A stretch of 64,000 nt of DNA from Eledone cirrhosa (taxonomy: Eukaryota). The stretch lies in NCBI GenBank assembly GCA_964016885.1, contig OZ024741.1:161882001-161946000 (forward strand). The letters run 5' to 3'. A model generated the notes under the pieces. The model saw nothing but the letters and a program-made list of their open reading frames with translations, was not told where the DNA came from and did not search any database. Of this stretch, positions 41,196 through 55,197 are shown piece by piece (positions within the stretch are counted from its first letter, which is position 1; every line of letters begins with the position of its first letter). The position numbers and the translations under genes were made by a program.

Positions 41196-41954
41196 TATCC
41201 GGGTACAAGAAGCAGCAACTGCTAAAGTCCCTTCTCAGTTGCGAAAACCTTTTGCTATTATGCTGCACAACTGCGATCTCGCCGACCCTCTCGCAATGTG
41301 GAACATCACCGCGAAAGTCTAGCTGAGGACATCCTCCACCGCACACGCAGACACAATCCTAACGTAACATACGATGTCGTTTTCAATGAGACGCTCATTT
41401 GTCTTGAAACAGTGTCCTGGAGATTGGTGGTAGGCCTCTAAGTCACTACAGCTTACCTGCTCCTGATAGGAGTGTCGAGAGGTCAATGTCTACAGAGTTT
41501 CTCCGCGAGACGAGCTACGAGATCAGTGATTCTCCCATGGTCAATTCTATGTAGGATGCTCTAGGGTGAGCTCGCCAAATAATCTCTTCATCTTTGCTCT
41601 GGAGGGCCGAACACAAAATATTGTATACTCTGAAGCTCTAGCAATGTAATTTAAATATTTTCTGTTAGGAATTTCCATTAGGGTTGTACAAATTATCGTT
41701 TGTTAAAAAATGTGTTCTCTGTTCAGCCTTTATTGTTGTAACTATCAATTTTCTTTAACGCACTGGCTGCTGAATTGGGGAATCCTAAAAACTATTCAAA
41801 CCCAACATCAGAGCACGTTAACCCCCCACCCACACCGTACCCCCTCGCTGACTTGAGAGGGCGTGTGGTATCTTTGCACTGGAGTGGAGGGGGGATTCCT
41901 GAAAATATAAAATGCCGGTATACCTAGCCGAGCGCCAGCCGGACGGACCATATA

Positions 41955-41956
<2 letters not shown>
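41196..41956 (+). mobile_element. Internally deleted Helitron (Rep-helicase linker, helicase C-terminus, 3' end)
   Basis: QEAATAKVPSQLR..FAIMLHNCDLADPLAMW; FSHGQFYVGCSRV; 41530-41956 is inverse-homologous to 35123-35546. Confidence 0.85.
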
Positions 41957-42031
<75 letters not shown>

Positions 42032-42189
42032 TAACAGATTAAAGTTTAAGCAAAGAATCGCTGCTTTCACCCTTAACGGGATCTTCTGAAGCTAAAAAAA
42101 TCAATCTGTGAACGCAGAAGTAAATATTTCGAAAAACGTTACACTCTATATATATATATACACACACTATATATACATATATACACACA

Positions 42190-42389
42190 NNNNNNNNNNN
42201 NNNNNNNNNNNNNNNNNNNNNNNNNNNNNNNNNNNNNNNNNNNNNNNNNNNNNNNNNNNNNNNNNNNNNNNNNNNNNNNNNNNNNNNNNNNNNNNNNNNN
42301 NNNNNNNNNNNNNNNNNNNNNNNNNNNNNNNNNNNNNNNNNNNNNNNNNNNNNNNNNNNNNNNNNNNNNNNNNNNNNNNNNNNNNNNNN
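42190..42389. other. Assembly gap (200 N)
   Basis: N run. Confidence 1.
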
Positions 42390-44274
42390 ATATGTGTATA
42401 TATATATATTATATATATGTGTATATATATATATTATATATATGTGTATATATATATATTATATATATGTGTATATATATATATTATATATATGTGTATA
42501 TATATATTATATATTATGTGTATATATATATATTATATATTATGTGTGTATATATATATTATATATATGTGTCTATATATTATATATATGTGTGTATATA
42601 TTATATATATGTGTGTATATATTATATATCTGTGTATATATATATAATATATATATGTGTATATATATTATATATATATGTGTATATATATTATATATAT
42701 ATGTGTATATATATTATATATATATGTGTATATATATTATATATATGTGTACATATATTATATATATGTGTACATATATTATATATATGTGTATATATAT
42801 TATATATATGTCTATATATATTATATATATGTCTATATATATTATATATATGTCTATATATATTATATATATGTCTATATATAATATATATATGTCTATA
42901 TATATTATATATATGTCTATATATATATGTGTATATATATATTATATATGTGTATATATATATTATATATATATGTGTATATATATATATATTATATATA
43001 TATGTGTATATATATATAATATATATATGTGTATATATATATAATATATATATGTATATATATATTATATATATGTGTATATATATATAATATATATATG
43101 TGTATATATATATTATATATATGTGTATATATATATTATATATATATGTGTATATATATATTATATATATATGTGTATATATATATATATTATATATATA
43201 TTATATATGTGTATATATATATATTATATATATATATATGTGTATATATATTATATATGTGTATATATATTATATATGTCTATATATATTATATATGTCT
43301 ATATATATTATATATATTATATATATATATATGTGTATATATATTATATATGTCTATATATATTATATATATGTCTATATATATTATATATATGTGTATA
43401 TATATATTATATATGTCTATATATATTATATGTCTATATATATTATATATATGTGTATATATATATATATATATGTGTAGATATATATTATATATATGTG
43501 TATATATATTATGTGTATATATATTATATATGTGTGTATATATATTATATATGTGTATATATATTATATATATGTGTATATATATTATATATATGTGTAT
43601 ATATATTATATATATGTGTATATATATTATATATGTGTATATATATATTATATATGTGTATATATATATTATATATGTGTAGATATATATTATATATATG
43701 TGTAGATATATATTATATATATGTGTATATATATTATATATATGTGTAGATATATATTATATATGTGTATATATATTATATATATGTGTATATATATTAT
43801 ATATATATATGTGTATATATATATTATATATATATGTGTATATATATTATATATGTGTATATATATATTATATATATATATGTAATATATATATTTATAC
43901 TATATATATATGTGTATATATATATTATACATTATATATGTGAATATATATTATTTGTATATATTATATATGTGTGTATATATATTATATATATGTGTAT
44001 ATATATTATATATATATATATGTGTATATATATTATATATATATATATATGTATATATATTATATATATATATGTGTATATATATTATATATATATATAT
44101 GTGTATATATATTATATATATATATGTGTATATATATTATATATATATATATGTGTATATATATTATATATATATATATATGTATATATATTATATATAT
44201 ATATATTATATATATATATATATGTATATATATTATATATATATATATATGTATATATATTATATATATGTGTA

Positions 44275-44317
<43 letters not shown>

Positions 44318-44390
44318 GTGTATATATATTATATATATATATATATGTATATATATTATATATATATGTATATATATATATATATGTGTA

Positions 44391-44465
<75 letters not shown>

Positions 44466-44467
44466 AT

Positions 44468-44498
<31 letters not shown>

Positions 44499-44891
44499 AT
44501 GTGTATATATATTATATATATATATGTGTATATATATGTGGATATATATTATATATATATATGTGTAATATATTATATATATATATGTGTAATATATTAT
44601 ATATATATGTGTAATATATTATATATATATGTGTGTATATATATTATATATATATGTGTATATATATTATATATATATTATATATATATGTGTATATATG
44701 TGTATATATATATGTGTATATATGTGTATATATATATATTATATATGTGCGTATATATGTATATATATATATTATATATGTGTATATATGTGTATATATA
44801 TATTATATATGTGTATATATATGTGTATATATATATATGTGTATATATATATTATATATGTGTATATATATATATATGTATATATATATTA

Positions 44892-44922
<31 letters not shown>

Positions 44923-44926
44923 TATA

Positions 44927-44957
<31 letters not shown>

Positions 44958-44961
44958 TATA

Positions 44962-45023
<62 letters not shown>

Positions 45024-45277
45024 GTGTGTATATATATATATATATATTATATGTGTGTATATATATGTGTATATGTGTGTGTATATATATATATATATAT
45101 TATATGTGTGTATATATATGTGTATATATATATATATATGTGTATATATATATATATATTATATATGTGTATATATATGTGTATATATATATTATATATG
45201 TGTATATATATGTGTATATATATATATATATATTATATATGTGTATATATATATATATTATATATGTGTATATATTA
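42390..45277. repeat. Long compound AT-rich microsatellite (resumes at 48956-49665)
   Basis: (TA)n with tgtg/tt interruptions. Confidence 0.98.
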
Positions 45278-45314
45278 CGCGGACCAATCATAAGCCAGAG
45301 GCCTATACTATCGC

Positions 45315-46343
45315 TTGCACGGTTGCCTTCGATATATGATGGATGGATGGACGGACTGCGGAATCCTGGAGAGTGGAGGGGAGAGAAAAATCTGGACGCT
45401 CAGAGCGAAAATGCCAATGCTAAAGTCAAATTCACCTCGTGGACGAGAATGCGAGCACTCTTCTTTGTTTCGCCCGCGGATGGCTAACATAACCCCATCT
45501 CCCCCCGCCCCACACCACCCCCACCCTCCAAACGCGATCCAAAACTTCAGAGTTGGTACCATAAATGTAGGCACCCTAAAGGGGCGCGCTAACGAGGTTG
45601 TAGAAATGCTTGAACGTAAGGAGGTCGATGTTTGTTGTATTCAAGAGACCAGGTGGAGGGGTGGGTCTGCTAGATTCATTGAGGGTAAAAAACGATGTTA
45701 TAAGCTTTTCTGGGTGGGAAACGACGATGGGCTGGGTGGAGTAGGAATCATGGTAGCAGAAAAGTGGGCGGATAAGATAATAGACGTAAATAGAGTGAAC
45801 GACAGAATAATTAAAATACGACTTGTCCTCAATAGAACTACGGTGACAGTAATATCTGCGTATGCACCCCAATCCGGACTGCCCGGCACTATAAAAGACA
45901 GATTCTATGAGACACTGATGCTCACTACCTCCCAAATATCTGACAGTGACTATATAATTATTGCAGGCGACCTAAATGGTCACGTTGGGCAACATTGTGA
46001 CGGCTACGACGAAATCCATGGAGGCTATGGGTTTGGTACTAGAAATGAGGAAGGCTCCAGAATCCTGGAATTCTGTGATGCAAATAACCTAACTATCTGT
46101 AACACTAACTTCAAAAAACGTGACAATCACCTGATCACCTATAGATCCGGGGAACACACAAGCCAGGTAGATTATATCCTTACCAGAAGACGTGACAGAG
46201 TGTCTGTTGTAAACACTAAATCCCTCCCCCATGAAGAATGCACCTCCCAACATAGACTGATAATTAGCGACCTCATAGTCAGGTCGAGACGTACTCGACA
46301 GCAGAAGAGGACTATCCTCAGGAGAAAAAAATATGGAAGCTAA
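45315..46343 (+). CDS. AP-endonuclease part of the RTE ORF (true start uncertain)
   Basis: [39 protein letters not shown]. Confidence 0.9.
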   Translation: MHGCLRYMMDGWTDCGILESGGERKIWTLRAKMPMLKSNSPRGRECEHSSLFRPRMANITPSPPAPHHPHPPNAIQNFRVGTINVGTLKGRANEVVEMLERKEVDVCCIQETRWRGGSARFIEGKKRCYKLFWVGNDDGLGGVGIMVAEKWADKIIDVNRVNDRIIKIRLVLNRTTVTVISAYAPQSGLPGTIKDRFYETLMLTTSQISDSDYIIIAGDLNGHVGQHCDGYDEIHGGYGFGTRNEEGSRILEFCDANNLTICNTNFKKRDNHLITYRSGEHTSQVDYILTRRRDRVSVVNTKSLPHEECTSQHRLIISDLIVRSRRTRQQKRTILRRKKYGS

Positions 46344-48595
46344 AGGACCCCACAGCCAAAAATAAATTTCAAAACATATTACTTGATGCTTTCGACAGTA
46401 AGGAAGAACACTTAGAGTCGGACAATATAGAGGGACAGTGGGAATTTCTGAAAGCAAACCTGCTGTTGGCCACAGACGAAGTCTGTGGCTGGAGCAGGCC
46501 TGTAGGCAGGAGGAGAGTAACATGGTGGTGGAACAGTAAGGTGGAGGAGTCAATTAAGGCCAAAAAGCAGGCTTGGAAAGTATGGCGGGATGGGGGAAGT
46601 AGAGTAGACTATCAAGTGGCCAGGAGGGAAGCTAGGAGAGAAGTGTACTTAGCAAGAAGGGAAGCTGAGGAAAGAAAGTTCAAGCATGTCCTACAACGCG
46701 ATGACCAAAAACGTGAGGTGTTCAGGATTGCTAGGCAATGCGTCAAGGAAAACCGTGATATTGTCGGGGAGAAGTGTGTACTTAACGATGATGGCATACT
46801 TGCCATCACCGACACTGATAAGAAGGCAGCTTGGAAGTGTCACTATGAAAGGCTACTAAATGAGGAGAATAAATGGGAGAAAGACAGTCTCCCCCATGTC
46901 GACCCAATAGAGGGACCAGCAGTGTTAGTCGAGGGGAGTATAATAAGTAAGGCAATCAAGGATATGAAGACAGGTAAGGCGGCTGGGCCTTCGGAAATAG
47001 TTGCTGAGATGCTGAAGGCATCTGGCACGGTGGGACACACCATGGTCACCCACATAGTTAACCAAGTCGTACAGAATGGGGCTGTTCCGAAGGACTGGCA
47101 TAGCAGCATCATCGTTAACTGTTATAAGGGTAAAGGAGACGCCCTAGATAGGAGTAACTATAGAGGCATTAAATTAATCGACCAGGTCATGAAGGTCACA
47201 GAAAAAGTAATAGCGCAACTAATCAGAGAGAGAATTGACCTAGATGAAATGCAGTTCGGGTTTGTGTCAGGCAAAAGTACCACAGACGCTCTTTTCATAG
47301 TACGACAACTACAGGAGAAGTACCTAGCTAAAGGTAAACCCCTCTACTTAGCTTTTGTCGACTTGGAGAAAGCCTTCGACAGAGTCCCCCGCTCCATTAT
47401 CTGGTGGGCTCTTAGAAAACTAGGCGTTGACGAATGGCTTGTGAGGGCTATACAAGCCATGTATAAAGAAACAGTCAGCAAGGTTAGAATTAACAACGAA
47501 TATAGTGAAGAGTTTAGCGTAAAAGTTGGCGTCCATCAGGGCTCTGTTCTCAGCCCCCTACTATTTATTATTGCCCTTCAGGCTATAACAGAGGAGTTCA
47601 AGACAGGCTGCCCATGGGAACTCCTATACGCAGACGACCTGACACTCATAGCGGAATCAATGGCCGAGCTAGAGAAGAAATTCCAAACATGGAAGCACGG
47701 CCTAGAGTCAAAAGGACTTAAAATTAACCTGGCTAAGACCAAAGTTCTAGTTTGTAGGAAAGAAAACAAGGCGGCGGTCCCTTCTGGGAAATGGTCGTGC
47801 TCGGTGTGTAGGAAAGGCGTAGGTAGAAACTCCATTTTGTGTCCTAAATGCAAAGTATGGGTGCATAAAAGATGTAGTGGGATCACAGGTAAGCTAACTA
47901 AGAACATAGATTTTACATGTGGCCGGTGTTCTGGTGCAATAAGTAGCAGCAAGTGCCCACACAATACTAGCTCTTTCAATTGCGCAGAGGGTTCTATAGA
48001 AATAGTGGACAGCTTCCGTTACCTGGGCGATAAAATCAGCAGTGGGGGAGGGTGCTCTGAAAGTACTGTAGCTAGAGTCAGAACTGGTTGGAAAAAGTTC
48101 AGAGAGCTTATACCACTATTAGCTGCTAAAGGGTTCTCCCTAAAAATGAAAGGCAGGTTGTACGATGCCTGCATACGAACAGCAATGTTGCATGGCAGTG
48201 AGACCTGGGCATTGTGTGCAGAGGATATACGCAGACTAGAGAGGAACGAAGCTTGCATGCTCCGCTGGATGTGTAACAGTAATATACGTGAACGGCAAAG
48301 CATAAACGAACTAAGGAAAAAATTAGAGATAAGAGGGATCAGATGTTGTTTACTCGAGAGAAGGCTACGTTGGTATGGACACGTGATGCGCATGAAAGTC
48401 GATAGCTGTATAACAAAGTGCAGGGCAATAAAGATAGACGGTAGCCACGGAATAGGCAGACCTAGAAAAACCTGGGACGAGCTGATAAACTCCGACCTCA
48501 CACACTTACACCTCTCCAAGACAATGTCACTGGACCGAGACCTTTGGCGGTACTCAGTAACAGAGAAGACCCGCCTTGCCAGTAGGCATCTCTAA
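46331..48595 (+). CDS. Reverse transcriptase, PHD-like finger and C-terminal domain of the RTE ORF
   Basis: Open from IWKLKDP; NYRGIKL, FVDLEKAFD, GVHQGSVLSP, LLYADD, CSVC...CPKC...HKRC...CGRC, LHGSETW. Confidence 0.95.
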   Translation: MWKLKDPTAKNKFQNILLDAFDSKEEHLESDNIEGQWEFLKANLLLATDEVCGWSRPVGRRRVTWWWNSKVEESIKAKKQAWKVWRDGGSRVDYQVARREARREVYLARREAEERKFKHVLQRDDQKREVFRIARQCVKENRDIVGEKCVLNDDGILAITDTDKKAAWKCHYERLLNEENKWEKDSLPHVDPIEGPAVLVEGSIISKAIKDMKTGKAAGPSEIVAEMLKASGTVGHTMVTHIVNQVVQNGAVPKDWHSSIIVNCYKGKGDALDRSNYRGIKLIDQVMKVTEKVIAQLIRERIDLDEMQFGFVSGKSTTDALFIVRQLQEKYLAKGKPLYLAFVDLEKAFDRVPRSIIWWALRKLGVDEWLVRAIQAMYKETVSKVRINNEYSEEFSVKVGVHQGSVLSPLLFIIALQAITEEFKTGCPWELLYADDLTLIAESMAELEKKFQTWKHGLESKGLKINLAKTKVLVCRKENKAAVPSGKWSCSVCRKGVGRNSILCPKCKVWVHKRCSGITGKLTKNIDFTCGRCSGAISSSKCPHNTSSFNCAEGSIEIVDSFRYLGDKISSGGGCSESTVARVRTGWKKFRELIPLLAAKGFSLKMKGRLYDACIRTAMLHGSETWALCAEDIRRLERNEACMLRWMCNSNIRERQSINELRKKLEIRGIRCCLLERRLRWYGHVMRMKVDSCITKCRAIKIDGSHGIGRPRKTWDELINSDLTHLHLSKTMSLDRDLWRYSVTEKTRLASRHL

Positions 48596-48999
48596 CAAAA
48601 TACACCCCGTCCCACCACCACCACCCCCACCCCATCCACACCACCCCGTCCTATGTAAAGTTATGTTGGTGCCGCGCCATCCGGGCCGAAACAAATGAGA
48701 TCGTGTAGGTGTCACGACAAAAAAACACACAGTCCACGCTGTAATGTGGCCGTGTAGGCAACACGGTAAAAACCTCCCAGACCCACACTGTAAATGTGGT
48801 TGGTGTTAGGAAGGGCATCCAACTGTAGAAAACCTGCCAGACAGTCCTATGCGAGCAAGACAATCACTCTTGCCTCAAGTGGGACTACCCCCGTCCAAAC
48901 CCATGCAAGCGTGGAACACGGACGTTAAACGTTGATGATGATGATGATGATGATGTGTATATATATATATATGTGTGTATATATATGTGTATATATATA

Positions 49000-49041
<42 letters not shown>

Positions 49042-49057
49042 GTGTATATATATGTGT

Positions 49058-49112
<55 letters not shown>

Positions 49113-49217
49113 GTGTAGATAGATAGATAGATAGATATATATTATATATATATATTATATATGTGTATATATATGTGTAGATAGATAGATAGATAGATAT
49201 ATATTATATATATATAT

Positions 49218-49251
<34 letters not shown>

Positions 49252-49756
49252 ATTATATATATATATTATATATATATATGTGTATATATATGTGTATATA
49301 TATTATATGTGTATATATATTATATGTGTATATATATTATATATGTGTATATATATATATTATATGTGTACATATATTATATATGTGTATATATATATAT
49401 TATATGTGTACATATATTATATATGTGTATATATATATATTATATGTGTACATATACTATATATGTGTATATATATATATATATATGTGTACATATATTA
49501 TATATGTGTATATATATTATATATGTGTATATATATTATATATGTGTATATATATTATATATATGTCTATATATATTTTATATATATGTGTATCATCATC
49601 ATCATGTATATATATATTTTATATATATGTGTATCATCATCATCATGTATATATACATTATATATTCCTTTTCGATCGACTTTCGTCAAATCGAACTTGT
49701 TTCCATTGCTCTTTCCAATTGCTAATACTATCTAGAGGTCGCAACTCCAGGTAGAA

Positions 49757-49874
49757 GGAGCAACTTGAAATAAAGTGTCTTGCTCAAGGACATAATGTAT
49801 CGCCTGATCCAGGAATCGGACTCACAACCTCACAATTGCGAATCCAGTTCTCTAACCAATCAGCCACACGCCTT
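49757..49874 (-). mobile_element. Second tRNA-derived SINE family head
   Basis: A/B-box-like tggctgattgg / gagtccgattcc; gagcaagacactttatttca shared with 61181-61300. Confidence 0.75.
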
Positions 49875-50238
49875 TATATATATATATGTATATATATTAT
49901 ATATACACACACACACACACACATGACTAGTAGTTATGTCTTGGAAGTCGCTAGTATGCAAATGGTGTTGTAAATATTAAGGCAGCAAAATCAGGTTTGG
50001 TTGAGTGCAGTAGAGGAAGAAAAACGAGGTGCACAGAAAATGTTAACTTAGAAATATTTATTAGTTCCAGTATAATTTGGATGTAGCATCCATTATGCAG
50101 ATGAAATTCTGTTTGATGCTTCATTAACAAGTCTGATGTGTAAATTGATTCTGGAGTTGGGTCTATAACACAAAAATGGGCTTTAAGCAAAACATCTATG
50201 AAACATACGTAACTGGTTGATAATCAATAAAAACATTA

Positions 50239-50365
<127 letters not shown>

Positions 50366-50704
50366 CAGACAGATAGATGACTCTTGCTACAAGGAAAGTG
50401 GACGTTAAAACAACAATGATTATGATGAAATATATATGTCTGAATATGTGCATATATATATGTGTGTATATATATCTCATCTGCTTATGGTGAGGCTGAT
50501 AAAGCTGTTAGAAAGAACTCAACATGACCTTGAAAAAAAGGTTTCTGTGAGATTAGGTAGTAAGTGCCTATTCTGGAAGGTGCTCATCATGTAAGGTTTC
50601 TTTTAAGAATCTGCTCAAGACACAAATCAGAATGGATGCAGTAAAAACCAGTTCGGATCTAGCTGTTGAAATGGCACAGCTCAGCCGTCGGGGTCGCGAA
50701 TTGT

Positions 50705-50740
<36 letters not shown>

Positions 50741-50880
50741 CCAAAAGATTAACAAGGTTCATTGATTAATCAATGAATATAGTTTTACAATAGATTAGAA
50801 GCACTCAACAGTAAGGTTTTCTGGAGTTATTAATATTACTTCAAAATATTAATAAATATAGACATTCATGTGATCAAATA

Positions 50881-50946
50881 TATTTTATTATGTATATTTC
50901 AGAGGTACTGAGCTGTTTCATCAGTACGTCCTCATCAGATAAAATA
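50881..50946 (-). ncRNA. Type I hammerhead, family C (mirror copy, stem III tataca)
   Basis: tattttat-CTGATGA-ggacgtactga...tcagtacctct-GAAA-tataca-TA-ataaaata. Confidence 0.85.
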
Positions 50947-51042
50947 AATTGATGTCTGACATACCTCAACTGTGCTGATGGTTCAATTCCAATTTTGGCA
51001 GTTTGAACCATCAGCACTGTTGAGGTATGTCAGACATCAATT

Positions 51043-51108
51043 TATTTTATCTGATGAGGACGTACTGATGAAACAGCTCAGTACCTCTGAAATATATATA
51101 ATAAAATA
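51043..51108 (+). ncRNA. Type I hammerhead, family C, predicted cleavage AUA after 51100
   Basis: tattttat-CTGATGA-gga.c.gtactga.tgaaacagc.tcagtac.c.tct-GAAA-tatata-TA-ataaaata. Confidence 0.9.
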
Positions 51109-51259
51109 TATTTGATCACATGAATGTCTATATTTATTAATATTTTGAAGTAATATATATATACACACTCACACGTGTGTGTATGTGTGTAGATGCTCCT
51201 TTATTCTTTGATTATCAAATAAGATATTATTGAATTTATATCGACCTTGTTAAGGATGT

Positions 51260-51361
51260 GAGGTTAACTTTGCCTTACATCCTTACGGGGTCGATAAAAT
51301 AAAGTACCAGTAATGTACTGGGTAATTGCTGGCCTTGTGCCAAAAGTAGAAACAATTATTA
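51260..51361 (+). mobile_element. SINE 3' half
   Basis: Shared SINE core and tail. Confidence 0.8.
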
Positions 51362-51551
51362 TTGAATTTATAGAATATATAAAGCTTGTGAACAAAATAG
51401 TGCTTTGCTGTATTCGTCCCTTTATATTCTGTGTTAAAATGACACCGGTGTCCTGCTTGGCCTTTTTCGTCCTTCGGGATCGATGTTATGAAATAAAGTA
51501 CCAGTTGATATATAATTTTAATCGGACATAACTCGCCTCACCCCAAATGTA

Positions 51552-51724
51552 CCGTATTTCCTCGCGTCGAAGACTCTACATTTCCCCTAAATAAGTCTAA
51601 AAAATCTACCATGCGTCCTGGTCCTGGAGGCCGAAGGTTGTTTATTTTTTTTTTTTTTAATTTTGGTTGTCAAAATTAGGGTACATCCTCGTGGACGAAG
51701 CGTCTTCGGCGCCGGGAAATACGA
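51552..51724. mobile_element. Tc1/mariner-superfamily (Tc2-like) MITE
   Basis: ta|ccgtatttcc...cgaagac / gtcttcg...ggaaatacga|ta inverted termini with TA flanks. Confidence 0.7.
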
Positions 51725-53644
51725 TATATCGTTTGTCCTATGTTTAAAAATAGCACTAATAATAATGTTTTATTTGTGTTTGTTATAAGCTGATAATGGT
51801 ACTTCGTTATTACCTTGCATTCTAAATTGAAAGGAACATAAATTACGGTTATGGATTAGGATTAGATAACGTTTTGTTTCAATTTGAAATGTGGGATAAT
51901 GACAATGAGGCCCAGTTGAACCTTTTTACCGTAATTTGAATATATATTTCTGATTGAAATAAAACAAAACAGAAAAAAATAACACGAAGAGAGGAAATAT
52001 AACAAAAACAAAGTATGTAAGAAGTTTTTATTTTTATTTTCATATATAAATGGTTAAGTAAACAAAATACACAAACGAAAAGAAAACACTTTTTAAAAAA
52101 TATCCTACTTGTTTATAGGAGGATGGTAAAAGGAAAATTGGAAACAAAAAATGTGAACAATAGAGGTATTTATACGATATGTTTATATATAATAAACATA
52201 TAAGAGTCTCGCTATGTATATTTTAAGCTGTGATCATGCTGCGTTATTGCTTTTTTGCAAGCTTTTTATCAGCAGCCTCTTGACCATGCAGACCTATGAT
52301 TAAAAGCCATGGCCATTTCGACTTTTATTTCAAATATTGTATATCAAACTAAGATACATTTTCCAACGTATCCTGAGTTTTTTGTTGTTTTTTTTTTTTA
52401 CGATGGTAGGTTGTGAGTTAAGGGATTGTTGACTGCTATTTCTAGTATATTGTAGGACCACATAATGGCTCCTTCGTTGGTTGTCTGTTGCATGTTGTTT
52501 AGCTCAAAGTCAAGGATGTACGAAAGCAAATCACCCAATCAGTTTAGGGGTGTCTAGGATGTTGTTTACTACTAGTGTTGCAACGGTAACTATATATTAG
52601 GTAGTCTACAACTAGAAATGGCAGCCAAATCTCCCTCCTGTCAAGACCCATTCTTTAAAAAAGTGATCTTAATTATACAATGATGTATGTAGTCCTAAAT
52701 GCTCGATGCCTGAAAACGTGATGGATGGTCATGGCTGGAATGCCTTTGATTATGTTTGTCTTGTAGCTGCTGACTTCGGGCCTAGACAACTATTGAACGG
52801 CGGTTTATTTCAGGGGTGGTGAGTAAAAGGTTGTTTGAATTTAGTTATCTTTATTTTTGTAGGCTATGTCTATAAATTGAATGTTGTTTCGAGTTCAAGT
52901 CCAGCTGGAGTTGCTTTATACCTGATAAAATAGGCACCTGTAATATCATCGATTTAATTCACCATACCGCCTCCGCCTGACAAATATCTGGCTTTCTGCC
53001 AATATAAAAAAATATCATTTAGTTAACATATTTGACGGAAACTACATCGGCTAGTCTAGTCTGCGACCGATCCTTGTTTCGATTTTGGGTTGTGGAACCA
53101 ATTCAAATAAATTATAACGGTTTTGGTAATACATGAACATTACTTCATTTTATGTTCTTCATTCTTCATTCCAGTTCCTCATTTACTTAGCAAAATAAAA
53201 ATATATTGTAAATCATTTACAAGTGCCGTAGATCTAGGGGTAAACTCCCGATTTAGAGCCTGCGGGTCATTTTGGTTTCAATTCACAGTTTTAGCCATTT
53301 TACTTCACTTGATGTCACTAGAACCTTCGGGAAAGACATGAATGTCATAACTTCTCATATTTCTTCACAATTTCTAGTTCTTTATTATGAGAAACAAAAC
53401 AAAAACAAATAAAAAACATGCATTTCCTTTCATACTAAAAATATAAGGATCATTATTAGAATTTTTAAAAATATTATATATGATACAGTATAAAAGATTA
53501 TTTTTCTTATTGGAAGTATATGTATTTTTAAAGAGAATCAATCTAGCAGACACGATAGATTTTGCCACATTCTATTTTGTGTCTACCTTTTGTATTGTTA
53601 CAGAATATGTCTTTAGTGATATATATGTGTGTGTGTGTGTATGT

Positions 53645-53680
<36 letters not shown>

Positions 53681-54756
53681 ATGTATATATATATAGAGAG
53701 AATGTAATGAATATGAGATGTTTAAAAAACGGCGGTTGAACACCATTTTTCATCTAACATACACGCAAGCATGGCGTGAAAGATATGTAATGAAAATGAA
53801 TGATTAAATACTACTGTACTTGTTACACTTTAGCTGTTCATATCTATGATGATTATGATGGATATTTTATGTCACTGAAATCAGAGACGAAAGACGTTAA
53901 CATATGCAATCACAATTAACTCTTATTATCATTTATCTTGTGCCAAAAAGTAGAAACAATTATCATTTATGAATCTCCGACTGAAGACTTCTCATGCTTT
54001 TTGTTTAGAAGAAATCGGTATTGAAACGCTTATGTGAAAATTCTATTCGCATCTTGGATGCCTTACACGACATTGTTGAATGTATTTTAAATGAGTGTAT
54101 GATATTGTTGTGGTTTAGCCCCAGGTCAGCGCTGACCGAACAGGTCTATGATCAGAGACATTACAGCAGTGAACATTTCATCTTTTCCCTATATGCAGAG
54201 AATCCAGAATCACATTATCCAACGTGTTCTTTTTTAAAGACAGTAGATTGTGATTGCAGGTAGATTTGGCTGCTATTTCTAGCAGAGACTCTTTGGCTCG
54301 TTTATCATACTCAAATCAAGCATGCATGTGAGGTCTCTTAAGTCAATGGTGCTAACAGCTCAAGAAATATATAATTGTTGAAGGGAACGTTAAGAACGAA
54401 AAGGAACCACAATTAAAGTAAGGTATTCTGTACATTCACTTTTACCGTCCTGTAGCACGTGAAACCGTATTAGCAAGACATTTCGTGAAAAAGACAGCAG
54501 CACAGACTGTATCACATTAAATATTAAAGTCTTTACTTATAATACTGCAAACTTTCACAACGACCTGTCCACTAGTTATTATAAGCATTTGGATGTACAA
54601 ATAGTTTTTTAAATTATTACAGAATGTTGAGGGTTCAGTAGAAACAGTACACGCACGCCGACACATACACGTGTGTGTCACTCACGCACACGTGTGTGTG
54701 TCTATGTATATATATTTGTGTGTATGTGTATATATGTATATATAAATATATATGTA

Positions 54757-54955
54757 TATAAGAACAAAAGATGGTTAAAGGAGTTCCATGTATTTTATTA
54801 TTTATTTATATATATATATAAATACATGGAACTCCTTTAACCATCTTTTGTTCTTATATATTATGTATACTCCAGTCCTACAAACTGTAGAGTGCTTCTT
54901 ATCCGATATCTGCATTGCTTTATTGTACTACAATAAAACTCACCTCCTACATATG

Positions 54956-54999
<44 letters not shown>

Positions 55000-55041
55000 C
55001 TTTTTTTTATATGTATATGTTTGTAAGTATGTATGTATGTA

Positions 55042-55101
<60 letters not shown>

Positions 55102-55166
55102 CACACACGCACACATATATTATGGAATACTGTTGGCTTTTCGCTACCATGTTTTCTATACCTTTC

Positions 55167-55197
<31 letters not shown>

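Larger units (their letters stand above)
45278..48955 (+). mobile_element. Near full-length RTE-clade LINE with (GAT)n tail
   Basis: APE, RT and C-terminal domains; 3' UTR ending ggacgttaaacgttgatgatg; inserted in the AT microsatellite. Confidence 0.95.
50835..51154. repeat. ~320-bp palindrome of two family C hammerhead elements
   Basis: Arms ~150 bp, nearly identical, around a short spacer near 50986-51003. Confidence 0.95.

Noticed and set aside
51067-51085. Second CTGATGA/GAAAC inside the 51043 motif as a separate ribozyme
   Set aside because: No stems I/III in that register; it is part of stem-loop II
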